Below are positions 39,177 to 50,529 of a stretch of 64,000 nucleotides of DNA, piece by piece; position 1 is the stretch's first letter; every line of letters starts with the position of its first letter. The position numbers and the translations under genes are program-made. Source of the DNA: an uncultured Chloroflexia bacterium (lineage in GTDB: Bacteria > Chloroflexota > Anaerolineae > CG2-30-64-16); NCBI GenBank assembly GCA_963774265.1, contig CAVZDU010000005.1, forward strand, positions 224,001 through 288,000, written 5' to 3'. The notes beneath the pieces are model-generated. The model worked only from the letters and a program-made list of their open reading frames with translations, made no database searches and was not told the DNA's origin.

Positions 39177-41338
39177 TCAATCGACCGGCACGAGCGCGGC
39201 CTCAAGGGCCGTGGGCAGGCGGAGCGTCAACGGCGGTGCCAGCAGGGAGTCAACCTCAGCCAGCAGCTGCTGGTCGCTGAAGCCGTGCAGGAAGATGGCC
39301 CTGCCGCGGCAGCCCGATGCGCAAAGGCCGCAGCCTTTGCACACTGCCGGGTTGATCTGTGCGGCCAGCCGGCCGTCGCGGAGGGTGACGAAGGACACCG
39401 CGCTGTACGGGCAGACCTCCTCGCACAGGTGACAGGCCACGCATCGCCGCGCATCCACCTCGGCAACGGTCGGCTCGGTTTCGATGAAGGGTCGAGCGAA
39501 CAGGCCGCAGACCTTGGCCGCGGCCGCGCTGGCCTGGGCCACCGTGTCGGGAATGTCCTTCGGCCCCGCGCTGCAGCCCGCCAGGTAGATGCCCGCGGTG
39601 TTCGTTTCCACCGGCCGCAGCTTGACGTGCGCCTCGTTGATGAAGCCGTACTGATCGTAGGAAATGCTGAGCGTCTGCATGAGGTCCACCGCGCCGCGCG
39701 CGGAGGTGGCCCCGTTCGCCAGCACCACCAGGTCGGCCTCCACGGTCACTGCACGGCCGATGTTGGCATCGTAGCCCATGACGACGTATTTTTCACCCTT
39801 GCGGTAGATCCGGCTCACGCGGCCCCGCAGGTAGTGCGTGCCGTAGACCTCCTGTGCGCGGCGGACAAATTCGTCGTAGCTGCGGCCTCCCGCGCGCACG
39901 TCCATGTAGAACACGTATGCGTCGGTCTGCGGGCGCGTGCTCCTTCAGCATGATCGCCTGCTTGGCCGTGTACATGCAGCAGATGCGCGAGCAGTAGGGC
40001 CGGCCCACTTTGTCGTCGCGCGAGCCGACGCAGGCGATGAACACCACCGAGTGCGGGTGCTTCCCATCGGAGGGCCGGACGATCTCGCCGCCGGTAGGTC
40101 CCGAAGCGTTCATCAAGCGCTCTAACTGCAGGGCCGTGATGACATCGGGATATTTGCCGTACCCGTACTCGCCGTAGTAGGGCCCCGGCGATGCCGGCAT
40201 CGACGCGCCCCCTTCTTCGTGGCTGCCGTCGAGCATGAACAGATCGAACCCGTTCGCGACGATGATCGCGCCGAACGGCTGCTCGATCAGCTCGATCGGT
40301 CTGGTCCCACTCGATCGCACCCGTGGGACACATCTTCTGGCAAATCTGGCACGGCGGCATCTTCTTGCCGTCGGGACCGACCGGCTTGTACTTCGTGGCC
40401 TCCTCACCGGTCAACCCGAGGGCTGCGACCTGCTCGGCATACGCGCGGCGATACGCCAGGTAGCGGCAGTGTTCCGCATCGATCACCGGCTTGTTCGGGA
40501 TCGCCTGGGGGAACGGGATGTAGATCGAGGTGCGCTTGCCGAGTCCCTGGTCGAACTCCGAGAGGATGTCCTTCGTCGGGCATTTGCCCCAGCAGGTGCC
40601 GCAGCCGGTGCAGGTGGCGTGGTTCACGTAGCGCACCTTCTGCCGGATAGTCACATTGAAGTTGCCGACGAAACCCTGCACCCGTTCCACCTCGGCGTAG
40701 GCGCGCAGCTCGATATTCGGGTGCTGGGCGACGTCTACCATCAGGGGGGTGAGGATGCACGCCGAACAGTCCAGCGTGGGGAATGTCTTGTCGAGCATGG
40801 CCATCTTGCCGCCGATGGTGGGCGTGCGCTCGACCAGTGTCACCTGGTAGCCGGCATTGGCTACATCCAACGCGGCCTGGATGCCCGCGATCCCGCCGCC
40901 GATCACCAGGAGCCGCTTGGTCAGCTCCGCGCGGCCCGCGGTAAGCGCCTCATCGCGACCCACCTTGGCCACGAGCATACCCACGATCTCGATGGCTTTG
41001 GCCGTGGCGAGGGGGCGGTCGTTGTGCACCCACGAGCAGTGCTCGCGCAGGTTGGCCATCTCCATCCGGTACGGGTTGACACCCGCAGCCGCAACCGCGC
41101 GGCGGAAGGTCGGCTCGTGCATGCGGGGCGAGCAGGAGGCAACCACCACCCGGTCGAGCTGGTGCTGGCTGATGGCCTCCTGGATCATCTTCTGGCCCGG
41201 CTCCGAGCACATGTATTTGTAGTCGGTGGCGTGCACCACACCCGGCATCTGGCCGGCCGCGGCGGCCACCGCGTGGCAGTCGACGTTTGCGGCGATGTTC
41301 GAGCCGCAATGGCAGACGAAAACACCGATTCGTGCCAT
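39177..41338 (-). CDS. hdrA: Heterodisulfide reductase subunit A (frameshifts near 40300 and 39930)
   Basis: RIGVFVCHCGSNI, YMCS, SCSPRMHE, NLREHCSWVH, IGGGIAG, LDKTFPTLDCSACILTP, CVGSRD..YCSRICCMY, GPKDIP, C-terminal ferredoxin motifs. Confidence 0.95.
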
Positions 41339-41348
41339 ACGAAGTCTC

Positions 41349-42232
41349 CTAACCCGCCTGGGTTACGGCAGGACGGCGGCCGAGCAGCCCGGTCGCATCG
41401 GTCAGGTGCCGCCCGATGCCGAGCTGCGCTTCGTCCAGCCCCAGCGCATAACCGACCACCTGGGTGAAGTAGTAGATCGGCAGATGGTAGTCGCCCAGCC
41501 CCGCGCGGCGGATCTGTCCCTGGCGTGTGTCGAGGTTGCTGTGACACATGGGGCAGGCGGTGACGATTGCGTCCGCGCCCGCCTCCACCGCCCAGGACAG
41601 CAGTTGGCCGCTCATCCGCCAGACCAGCTCAGGCCGGCTGATCGGCAGGCTCGCGCCGCAGCAGGAGATCTTGCCCGGCCAGGCCACGACCTCGGCGCCC
41701 AGGGCAGCCAGCAGTTGGTCCAGCGAACGGGGGTCTTCCGGATCGTCGAACTGGGCCACGTCGGCCGGTCGCGTCAGCAGGCAGCCGTAGTAGGGCGCCA
41801 GCTTCAGCCCCGCCAGCGACCTCTGTTGGTAATCGTGCAGTTTGACCCTGTTCTCCGGTTGGCCGAGCAGGCCCAGTAGCGGCTCGATCTTCAGTCCCAC
41901 CGGCACGTCGCCGCCGGCCACATATGCGATCTTGGCGGCCATCTCCTGGTCGCGGAGTGCGTGCTGAGTCTCTTTGAATCTCGCATAGCACGCCGCGCAG
42001 GGCAGGACCACCGTGTCCAGGCCGGTTTGCGCGGCCAGGCGGAGATTGCGGCCCACCAGGCCCAGCGCGAGCCACGGGCTAACCATGTGCGCGGGGACGC
42101 GCCGCAGCAATTCCAGTCTTCCAGCTCCCGGAGCTCGATGTCCAGCCGATCACACAGCTGCTCGGTGGACTGGCCATAGTCGCACGCGGTGCCGTGCAGC
42201 GAGCACCCGGGGAAATACGCATAAGCGGTCAA
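41349..42232 (-). CDS. hdrB: Heterodisulfide reductase subunit B (frameshift near 42105)
   Basis: YFPGCS, WNCCG, PCAAC, YYGCLLTRP, CCGAS, TACPMCHSNLD (two CCG domains). Confidence 0.92.
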
Positions 42233-42873
42233 TGCGCGCCTCCCTTCTTCCCCTCAGCGCGTTCGGGTTGCGCCTCGCGCTCCTGGACTTCCTTTGCGCG
42301 GCGGAAAATGCCGGCCACTTCATCCATGGCCCTCACCCGTTGTGGCAGCGGCTTGATTTTCCCCTTGAACAGCATGGGCGCAGCCAGATCGAACCCGCTC
42401 AGCAGGTGGCCCGAGGTCATGTTGTAGCCGCCGATGAGGCCGATTTCATAAACCCGTCCGGTCAATTCGATCGACTTGATGAAGGCGCGCTGGAACGCGA
42501 CGACTTCGCGCTGCGCCGCCGCATAGTGGTGGACGACCGCCCAGGCGCGCAGTGCATCCATCACGCGCGGCAGGTCCACCTCACAGGGGCAGCGGGTGAC
42601 GCACGTCTGGCAGCTCACGCACAACCACAACGTGTCGCTCGAAAAGATGAGGTCCGTTTGGCCCAGTTGCAGTGCCCGGAGGATTTGTTGCGGCTGAAGG
42701 TCCATCGCGGCGGAGAGGGGGCACCCCGCCGCACACTTGCCGCATTGGTAGCAGTTCCTGATGTTTTCGCCCGTCGCTCGCTCGATGTACGTCAGCAGAT
42801 CGGGCTCGTGGGGGTGTGAAAGGTCCAGCGCAGCCACGGGTTGCGCTGCTCGTGCGAGCGCCCTCGCGCGCAT
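42229..42873 (-). CDS. hdrC: Heterodisulfide reductase subunit C
   Basis: CYQCGKCAAGCP and WLCVSCQTCVTRCP; GAAAGGA RBS. Confidence 0.92.
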   Translation of the reverse strand: MRARALARAAQPVAALDLSHPHEPDLLTYIERATGENIRNCYQCGKCAAGCPLSAAMDLQPQQILRALQLGQTDLIFSSDTLWLCVSCQTCVTRCPCEVDLPRVMDALRAWAVVHHYAAAQREVVAFQRAFIKSIELTGRVYEIGLIGGYNMTSGHLLSGFDLAAPMLFKGKIKPLPQRVRAMDEVAGIFRRAKEVQEREAQPERAEGKKGGAH

Positions 42874-43121
42874 GGTCCACGTCCTTTCTGGCGTTGAAAG
42901 GCCTCCGACGGCCTTCAATGCCGCGGTCTATCCCCGATTGTACCCCTTTGCCGCAAGACGGGTATGACGCAGCGCATATTTGGGCTGCCAATTGACACGT
43001 CTTGCACAATCAGGTCGTACAACTTCACAAACGCCGGACTCTGCGCGACAATGGGCCCGTCGCTCTACTCGCTGTGATCTGAGCAAACTTGTCAATCAAT
43101 CATTGCGCGGAGGCGAAGGGC

Positions 43122-43640
43122 ATGAACGAAGATCTGCCTGGGGCAGTGGCTGCGCCCGCGGTCCCGTACATCCTGCGGCCCCATCGAATCGGCGACATGG
43201 GCTGGGTGGTCCAGCGACATGGCTTGCTCTATGCCGAGGAATACGGCTGGAATGAGCAGTTCGAGGCCCTGGTCGCTGAGATCGTCGCCAAGTTCATCCA
43301 GAATTTCGATCCCCAGCGTGAGCGCTGCTGGATCGCGGAGAAGGATGGCGAGAACATCGGCTCGGTCTTTCTGGTGAGGAAGTCAGAGACGGTGGCGAAG
43401 TTGCGGCTGTTGATCGTCGAGCCAAAAGCGCGCGGGCTGGGTGTGGGCGGGCGGCTGGTCGATGAGTGCATTCGCTTCGCCCGGCAGGTCGGCTACACGG
43501 AGATTGTACTGTGGACGAACAGCGTTTTGCTGGCCGCGCGGCACATCTACGAGAAGGCCGGCTTTCAACTCATCGAAGCGGAGCCGCATCATAGTTTTGG
43601 CCACGACCTGGTCGGCGAGACCTGGGCGCTGAAGTTGTAA
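43122..43640 (+). CDS. GNAT N-acetyltransferase
   Basis: [56 protein letters not shown]. Confidence 0.9.
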   Translation: MNEDLPGAVAAPAVPYILRPHRIGDMGWVVQRHGLLYAEEYGWNEQFEALVAEIVAKFIQNFDPQRERCWIAEKDGENIGSVFLVRKSETVAKLRLLIVEPKARGLGVGGRLVDECIRFARQVGYTEIVLWTNSVLLAARHIYEKAGFQLIEAEPHHSFGHDLVGETWALKL

Positions 43641-43646
43641 CGCCCT

Positions 43647-44540
43647 ATGAAGAAGTATCTCCCGCTGATCACGGCGAGCGTGAACGGCATCCTGGTCGGA
43701 TCCGCCATGGTCGCCACGCGCTTTGTCATCAGCCAGAGCAGTCCTGCCTCTTTGGCTTTGCTGCGATACTTTATTGGCTTCTGTTGCCTGTTCCCCATCG
43801 TGTTGCTTTCGACGCGCGTGCGGTTCGCGCGACGTGATGTGCTGCCGATCGCATTGCTCGGCATCACCCAATTCGGCATCCTGGTCACGCTCCTGAACTT
43901 CGCGCTGCAATACATCCCCTCATCCCGTTCGGCGCTGATCTTCGCGACGTTTCCTCTGCTCACGATGATCCTTGCGACGCTGCTAGGCTACGAGCGCCTG
44001 ACGTTGACCAAGGCCCTGGGTGTCCTATTGACCGTCGCGGGTGTAGGGATCGCGCTGGGAGAGAAGGCGTTCCAGACGGGCAGCGCAACCAACGAGTGGA
44101 TCGGCGAGCTGGCCGTATTCGTGAGCGCCTTCAGTGGCGCGCTGTGCAGCGTTCTGTACCGGCCCTATCTGAAGAAGTATCCGACACTGCAGGTCAGCGC
44201 CTTCGCGATGCTGGCCTCAGTCCTGTTTCTGGCCGTGTTTGCAGCCGGCGAAGGGTTCTTCAGCGCGCTCCCGCGCTTCACGGCGGGTGGTTGGTTGGCC
44301 GTCCTGTTCATCGGGGTTGCCAGCGGGGTGGGCTACTATCTCTGGTTATGGGCGCTGGGCCACACCTCTCCGACGAACGTGACCGTGTTCCTCGCGCTCA
44401 GCCCCATCACCGCGACCATTCTCGGTGCGGTGTTCCTCGCCGAAGAGATCTCGACGCCATTCCTGGTGGGACTGGTCTTCGTTGCCGCCGGCTTGTGGCT
44501 GGCCCTCTGGCGCGCGTATCACGGAATGACCCCTTACTAA
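43647..44540 (+). CDS. DMT/EamA family transporter
   Basis: 297 aa, about 10 TM helices, two EamA repeats (LALLRY, LGYERL, FLAEE). Confidence 0.9.
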   Translation: MKKYLPLITASVNGILVGSAMVATRFVISQSSPASLALLRYFIGFCCLFPIVLLSTRVRFARRDVLPIALLGITQFGILVTLLNFALQYIPSSRSALIFATFPLLTMILATLLGYERLTLTKALGVLLTVAGVGIALGEKAFQTGSATNEWIGELAVFVSAFSGALCSVLYRPYLKKYPTLQVSAFAMLASVLFLAVFAAGEGFFSALPRFTAGGWLAVLFIGVASGVGYYLWLWALGHTSPTNVTVFLALSPITATILGAVFLAEEISTPFLVGLVFVAAGLWLALWRAYHGMTPY

Positions 44541-44792
44541 TACATTTGACGTAGAGAATCTCCTACTTTTTCCGGTTGCATCCAGTCAGTTCAAAAAGTA
44601 CACTACTTGTGCGATGGTTGTCAACGACTGATCCTCGCCACATCGTTGCATGGTGGGGCCACCAGGCTTTGCACCCTCACATCGCCAAGCCTCCACCCTC
44701 GTCCCTATGGCTCGCTGCCTTCGTCGACACCTGAGCAAGCAACAGTCCCGAGTTGCTGATGAGTGGTCGACCGCGGAAGGAGATGCCGAGCC

Positions 44793-47700
44793 ATGATTCG
44801 TTCGATCGTTGGTGCGAGCCTGAAATTCCGATTCCTCGCGATTGTTATCGCCGCGGCGCTGATATCCTTCGGCGTCGCGCAGCTCCGCAACATGCCGGTG
44901 GACGTCTTGCCGGAGTTCTCACCGCCGTATGTGGAGATCCAGACCGAGGCCCTGGGACTTTCTGCGGAAGAAGTGGAACAACTTATCACCGTCCCGCTCG
45001 AGCAGGATTTGCTCAATGGCGTGGCGTGGCTCGATTCCATCCGCTCCGAGTCGGTCCCTGGACTATCTTCCATCATCCTCTTCTTTGAGCCCGGCACCGA
45101 TCTCTATCGCGCGCGGCAGATGGTCGCTGAACGGCTGACGCAAGCCTTCGCGTTGCCGCACGTGTCAAAGGCGCCTGGTATGCTCCAGCCCCTGTCCTCG
45201 ACGAGCCGGTTTCTGATCGTCGGGCTCTCCTCAAAGGAGGTCTCGTTAATCGAGATGGGGGTTCTTGCCCGTTGGACGATTGGCCCGCGTTTGATGGGTG
45301 TACCCGGCGTTGCCAATGTAGCCATCTGGGGTCAGCGTGAGCGACAGCTCCAGGTTCAGGTTGATCCGGAACGGTTGCGCGCGCAGGGTGTGTCGCTCCA
45401 GCAGGTCCTCGAGACCACCGGGAACGCCCTGTGGGTGTCATCTCTGACCTTCCTGGAAGCATCGACGCCCGGCACCGGCGGGTTTGTCGACACCCCCCAA
45501 CAAAGGCTCGGAATCTGGCATGTCCTACCCATTTCATCGCCTCAGGAGCTGGCCCAGGTGCCCGTCGACGGCGCCCCGGGGTTGCGCCTGGGTGATGTGA
45601 CCGATGTGGTGGAAGATCATCAGCCTTTGATCGGCGACGCTATGATCAATGAAGACCAGGGTTATCTGCTCGTCATTGAGAAATCGCCGGGGGCCAACAC
45701 GCTTGAGGTGACTCGCGGGGTGGAAGCCGCGCTCGATGTGTTGCGACCGGGTCTGGCTGGCATCGAGATCGATACCACCTTCTTCCGGCCGGCGACGTTC
45801 ATCGAGATGGCGCTCGCCAATCTCACCAGGCTGCTGCTCATCGCGGCTGTTCTCGTGGTGCTGGTGCTCCTGGCTTTTCTGTGGAGCTGGCGTGTCGCCC
45901 TGACCAGCCTCGTCGCCATCGTGTTGTCGCTATTCGCTGCCGTGTTCGTGCTCTATCTGCTCGGCGCTACGCTAAACACGATGGTCTTGCTGGGCCTGAT
46001 GATCGCCCTCGGTGTCATCGTGGACGACGCGATCATCGATTCCGAAAACGTTATGCAGCGTTTCCGCCTGCCGCGGCAAGAGGACGCTGGGAAGTCGCGC
46101 CAGATCCTTGTTCTCGAAGCATTGGTCGAGATGCGCAGCGCCATGTTCTTCGCTACCCTGATCGTGCTGCTAACGATTTTGCCGATCTTCTTCCTGAGAG
46201 GTGTGTCAGGTTCCTTCTTCCGACCGCTGGCGCTCGCGACTGCGGCAGCGACGCTGACCTCGATGGCTGTCGCTTTGCTGATCACCCCGGCTATGAGCCT
46301 GATTCTCCTGTCGGGCGTGTCGCCTGCGACCCGCGAACCCCGCCAGCCGCTTCTCGCCCGGTGGTTGCAGGCCGGGTACGGAAGGGTGTTGGCGTCGGTG
46401 ATGCGCCGCCAGGTCCTGGTGTATGGCGTTCTGGGGATCATCCTGTTGGCCGGCCTCGCGGCCGCGCCGTTCCTCCGGCAAGAATCGTTGCTCCCTTCGT
46501 TCAAGGAAGTGGACCTCACGATCCAGTTGGAGGGCGCGCCCGGCACGTCGCGGCCAGAAATGGACCGGATCACGGCCCGGGCCAGCGGTGAGTTGCGCGC
46601 GATTCCAGGTGTGCGCAATGTCGGTGTCCACGTCGGACGCGCGGTGCTCGGGGATCAAGTCGTCGGCATCGATTCCGCCCAATTGTGGGTCAGCATCGAC
46701 CCGGCAGCCGACTATGATGCGACAGTGGCTGCCGTACAGGAGGTGATGGACGGTTACGTCGGATTAGGTCATGAGGTGAGCACGTATCTGCAACAGACCC
46801 TCAGACATGCGCTGACAGGTGCCTCCGAGGCCATTGTTGCACGCGTTTATGGCGAGGACTCTCAGGTTCTCCGCGACAAGGCCGAACAGATCAAGCAGGC
46901 CGCCGCTGGGATCCCCGGTGTCGTTGATTTGCGGGTGGAACTCCCCGTTCTTGAGCCGACCCTGGAACTCCAGGTTGACCTCGCCGCCGCCCAGCGCTAC
47001 GGCGTCAAACCCGGTGACGTTCGTCGCGCGGCCGCCACGCTGTTGTCAGGTCTGCAGGTCGGCAGCCTCTTCGAAGAGCAGAAGGTGTTCGATGTGGTCG
47101 TCTGGGGCAAGCCAGAAACGCGAGGCAGCCTGACCAGCATCCATGACCTGTTGATCGACACGCCCAGCGGCGGTCACGTGCGCTTGGATGAGGTGGCCGA
47201 TGTACGCATCGCGTCATCACCAAGTGCCATCCAGCGTGAGGGCGCCTCACATTACGTGGATGTGGCCTTCAATGTGCAGGGCCGTGATCTGGGTTCTGTG
47301 GTGAATGACGTGAAACTGGCCATCCGCAAGATCGAGTTCCCTCTGGAGTACCACGCCGAGGTGATCGGTGAGTATGCGGAGCGGCAGACGGCCCAGCAAC
47401 GCATCTTGCTAGCGGTTATTATCGCCACGATCGGGGTTTTCCTCCTTCTTCAGGCGGCCCTGGACAGCTGGCGCCTGGCGTCGGTTGCCTTACTCGCCTT
47501 GCCCGTGGCCCTCGCGGGTGGTGTGCTGGCGGCGTTTGCAGGTGGGCGCATCATTTCGCTCGGTTCGCTTGTTGGATTCCTGACGCTTTCGGCCATCGCT
47601 GTGCGCAACGGCATCATGCTGATGAACCACTATCGATATCTCGAACGCCAAGAAGGGATGGCTTTCGGTCCGGCGTTGATCCTGCGCGGGTCAAAGGAAC

Positions 47701-47933
47701 GCCTGGCGCCGATGTTGACAACAGCGTTGGCAACCGCCGTTGCCTTTGCGCCCTTCGCGTTGGCCGGCAATATTCCGGGCAATGAGCTGGTGCGGCCCAT
47801 GGCTGGCATCGTCCTGGGTGGCCTGGTCACTTCAACCCTGGTCAGCCTGTTTCTTGTTCCCGTTCTGTACCGCCGGTTTGGGACCAGCCCCCAAGCCGTC
47901 ACATCTCAGGCGACTGAATTCGCGACTACCTAA
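44793..47933 (+). CDS. RND permease 1 (CzcA/CusA-like branch)
   Basis: [78 protein letters not shown]; intact frame. Confidence 0.92.
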   Translation: MIRSIVGASLKFRFLAIVIAAALISFGVAQLRNMPVDVLPEFSPPYVEIQTEALGLSAEEVEQLITVPLEQDLLNGVAWLDSIRSESVPGLSSIILFFEPGTDLYRARQMVAERLTQAFALPHVSKAPGMLQPLSSTSRFLIVGLSSKEVSLIEMGVLARWTIGPRLMGVPGVANVAIWGQRERQLQVQVDPERLRAQGVSLQQVLETTGNALWVSSLTFLEASTPGTGGFVDTPQQRLGIWHVLPISSPQELAQVPVDGAPGLRLGDVTDVVEDHQPLIGDAMINEDQGYLLVIEKSPGANTLEVTRGVEAALDVLRPGLAGIEIDTTFFRPATFIEMALANLTRLLLIAAVLVVLVLLAFLWSWRVALTSLVAIVLSLFAAVFVLYLLGATLNTMVLLGLMIALGVIVDDAIIDSENVMQRFRLPRQEDAGKSRQILVLEALVEMRSAMFFATLIVLLTILPIFFLRGVSGSFFRPLALATAAATLTSMAVALLITPAMSLILLSGVSPATREPRQPLLARWLQAGYGRVLASVMRRQVLVYGVLGIILLAGLAAAPFLRQESLLPSFKEVDLTIQLEGAPGTSRPEMDRITARASGELRAIPGVRNVGVHVGRAVLGDQVVGIDSAQLWVSIDPAADYDATVAAVQEVMDGYVGLGHEVSTYLQQTLRHALTGASEAIVARVYGEDSQVLRDKAEQIKQAAAGIPGVVDLRVELPVLEPTLELQVDLAAAQRYGVKPGDVRRAAATLLSGLQVGSLFEEQKVFDVVVWGKPETRGSLTSIHDLLIDTPSGGHVRLDEVADVRIASSPSAIQREGASHYVDVAFNVQGRDLGSVVNDVKLAIRKIEFPLEYHAEVIGEYAERQTAQQRILLAVIIATIGVFLLLQAALDSWRLASVALLALPVALAGGVLAAFAGGRIISLGSLVGFLTLSAIAVRNGIMLMNHYRYLERQEGMAFGPALILRGSKERLAPMLTTALATAVAFAPFALAGNIPGNELVRPMAGIVLGGLVTSTLVSLFLVPVLYRRFGTSPQAVTSQATEFATT

Positions 47934-47959
47934 ACGTTGGTCGATGGAGGGTTGGCCAC

Positions 47960-48994
47960 ATGCATAGTTCGAACAACGGATCGACGAACTCTATTGGAGC
48001 GGGCGTTCATACCGGGGCGCTGTTATTAGCCCAAGACCTGCGCAAGTCGTACGGTCCCAGGCAGGCGTTGCGCGGGCTGTCGTTTTCTTTGCAGGCAGGG
48101 CACATTCTGGGCTTCCTGGGTCCAAACGGAGCGGGGAAAACGACGGCGATCCGGATCCTGACCACCATGATGGAACCCGACTCGGGTCACTTCACCGTCG
48201 ATGGCATCGGCTCGGAGCATCCCGACCAGATCCGCTACAAAATCGGTGTTCTGCCCGAGAACCTGGGATTTCCCAAGCACATCACGGGAATTGAGTACCT
48301 GAGCTACTTCGGCCAGCTCTACGGGCGGACGGCCGCCGACGCCAGGGCCTACGGCTTCAAGTTGCTTGAAGAAGTGGGGTTGCAGAAGCGGGCCAAATCC
48401 CTGCTGGGCAGCTACAGTCACGGGATGCGGCAAAGAATCGGCATCGCGCGGGCGCTTGTCAACGATCCGTCCGTCATATTCCTGGACGAACCCACCCTGG
48501 GGCTGGACCCACGCGGACAGCAGGAGTTGTTGGCGTTGGTGAGGCGGACCGCGGAAGAGCGAAACGTCGGCGTGGTCTTGTGCAGTCATGCATTATGGGA
48601 GATTGAAGTCGTTTGCGACGACGTGGTCATTTTGAATGTGGGCCAGGTCGCGGCGGCCGGCACTGTCACCGAGGTAGTGGGCCGCGCCCAGGGCACTGCT
48701 ACTCAGCGCAACGCCCTGCGCATCCAGGTGCCGCCGCCATCGATTGCATCAGCCCAGGCGCTTCTGGCAGCGCTGGCGGATGTCAGGGAGGCGACAGCGA
48801 CTGGCGAGGCGGCGGGCTGGCTTCGAATTGAGCTCATGCCCGGCAAGAACGGCGGCGGAACGCAAGACCTGACAGTCAATAATCGCATCCTGGAGGTCCT
48901 GATCCGCGCTCAGATTCCCATCCTGAATTTTGAAGCCGCCGGCGGGCGGCTGAGCGAGGTGTTCATGTACCTGACTGAGGAGGTGGTGAGATGA
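47960..48994 (+). CDS. ABC transporter ATP-binding protein (DrrA/CcmA-like)
   Basis: GPNGAGKTT, YSHGMRQR, IFLDEPTLGLD, CSH. Confidence 0.93.
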   Translation: MHSSNNGSTNSIGAGVHTGALLLAQDLRKSYGPRQALRGLSFSLQAGHILGFLGPNGAGKTTAIRILTTMMEPDSGHFTVDGIGSEHPDQIRYKIGVLPENLGFPKHITGIEYLSYFGQLYGRTAADARAYGFKLLEEVGLQKRAKSLLGSYSHGMRQRIGIARALVNDPSVIFLDEPTLGLDPRGQQELLALVRRTAEERNVGVVLCSHALWEIEVVCDDVVILNVGQVAAAGTVTEVVGRAQGTATQRNALRIQVPPPSIASAQALLAALADVREATATGEAAGWLRIELMPGKNGGGTQDLTVNNRILEVLIRAQIPILNFEAAGGRLSEVFMYLTEEVVR

Positions 48995-50430
48995 GCGTTC
49001 AACAGATTGCGAGCGAACGTCTGATGGCGACGCCGCGCAAGGGGTTTCCGACCTGGTGGGTTGTTTTCAAGCGTGAGCTGGCCGATCTGTGGATCTCGGG
49101 CAAGGCGATGTACCTGACCCTGATTTACACGATCGTGTTGGGCGCAATGACCTATCTGCTGGCGACCAACAGTGAACTGAGCCTGATTCCACCGAAAGAA
49201 ATGGTGTACGAGACCATTAAGACCGCGATGGGTTTCGCGTTGTTCATCGGTCTGATCATCGGCGCCGATAGCCTCAGTGGTGAACGGGAACGCGCAACCC
49301 TCGAAGGGCTCCTCTTGACACCAACCAGCCGCCGTCAGATCGTGATCGGCAAATTCCTGGCAGCCGTTTCGGTGTGGCCCGCAGCGATGGCGATCGTCAT
49401 CCCCTACCTGAAGGTGCTCGCACAGGGCGACGAGATCTTCGGCCCCGCGGTTCTTTGGGGCATCATCACTGGCAGCATCCTGGCCCCGGCCTACACCGGC
49501 CTGGGCATGCTCGTGAGCTTCTGGTCCGGCTCAAACCGCACCAGTTATTTTGTAAGCCTGGCGCTCTACATCTTCTTTCTGGTCCCGGCCCAACTGCCCG
49601 GGCGTGCCCAGACCGGCGCCGCGGGGCAATTCGTCCAGTGGGTGAACCCATTGGCAGCCGTCAACCATTTCCTCTCCAAGCACCTGGTGAATTACCGGCC
49701 GCTGAGCGAGTTTTGGACCTGGCTGATATCCCCTGTGGTGTTTGCGGTCCTTGTTCTCGGAGTGCTCTTCCTGTACGCCGGCCCAGGGCTGCGGCTCGAG
49801 GCGGGCCGGGCCAGCGGGCTGCGCTCATGGTTGGGACGTGGAGTCCGCTTGTTGGCGATTGCGATCCTTGCGGCCGCCCTGACGGCGTCCCCGGCCATGG
49901 CCTTACGCGCCGCAGCCCAGGCAAGCCCACCCTCGGCCAGCGAATCCACCCTGCGGGTGATGATCGACACGGCAGTCGAGGTTGTGAAGACCGGTGACAA
50001 GGTCGAGTTCAGTACGACGGTGATTAACGACGGTTCCGAGGCGTCTGCGCCCTTAATCCTGGCCATGAACATCATCAACCTCGACGCAAAGGGAGATGTG
50101 GTGGATCCGGAGGATTGGTCGCCGCAGCGAACACAATACCTGGAGAATGTGCCGCCGGGCGATTCCGCCAGGCTTGACTGGACTATCAACACCATCCTGG
50201 ATGGCGATTACATGGTGTACATGGTCGTCATCCCTGAGCCCGATGGCCAGGAGGCGACCAGCTTGCCCGTCGCGAGCTCGGGCATTCACCTGACGGTGAC
50301 GCCGTTCACCAGGCTTAACCCTCTTGGCATAGTGCCTTATGCCGTCGGCGGGCCCCTGGTGTTGGGAGTGGCGATATTCGCGGTAGTTCGGCTTCGACGC
50401 CGTCAGATCGATGTAGGCGCGCCTGGGTAG
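48991..50430 (+). CDS. ABC-2 type permease with extra C-terminal extracytoplasmic beta domain and TM anchor
   Basis: VFKRELADL, LSGERERATLEGLLLTP..R.QIVIGKFLA; then a hydrophobic helix, a beta-rich domain of about 140 aa, and a final TM followed by RLRRR. Confidence 0.85.
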   Translation: MSVQQIASERLMATPRKGFPTWWVVFKRELADLWISGKAMYLTLIYTIVLGAMTYLLATNSELSLIPPKEMVYETIKTAMGFALFIGLIIGADSLSGERERATLEGLLLTPTSRRQIVIGKFLAAVSVWPAAMAIVIPYLKVLAQGDEIFGPAVLWGIITGSILAPAYTGLGMLVSFWSGSNRTSYFVSLALYIFFLVPAQLPGRAQTGAAGQFVQWVNPLAAVNHFLSKHLVNYRPLSEFWTWLISPVVFAVLVLGVLFLYAGPGLRLEAGRASGLRSWLGRGVRLLAIAILAAALTASPAMALRAAAQASPPSASESTLRVMIDTAVEVVKTGDKVEFSTTVINDGSEASAPLILAMNIINLDAKGDVVDPEDWSPQRTQYLENVPPGDSARLDWTINTILDGDYMVYMVVIPEPDGQEATSLPVASSGIHLTVTPFTRLNPLGIVPYAVGGPLVLGVAIFAVVRLRRRQIDVGAPG

Positions 50431-50529
50431 ACCTGCCGCGCCAATCGCTGCGCCAGGGTACAGGGAACGGTTTTGCGCCCTGGCGAGGGCACAGGCACTG
50501 GCTTGAAGACCAGGGTATGGGAGGATGCG

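Noticed and set aside
37823-41338. Selenocysteine recoding in MvhD/HdrA
   Set aside because: The motifs checked (CNWC, GCHPGDCHY, DCSAC) use Cys codons; no in-frame TGA needed.
43013-43030. Possible Rex operator upstream of hdrC
   Set aside because: Only the TTCACAA half-site is present; the other half does not match TTGTGAA.
44755-44780. CTGATGA-stem-GGAA resembling a hammerhead ribozyme core
   Set aside because: Lacks the required GAAA after stem II and I found no matching stems I/III with a cleavage triplet.
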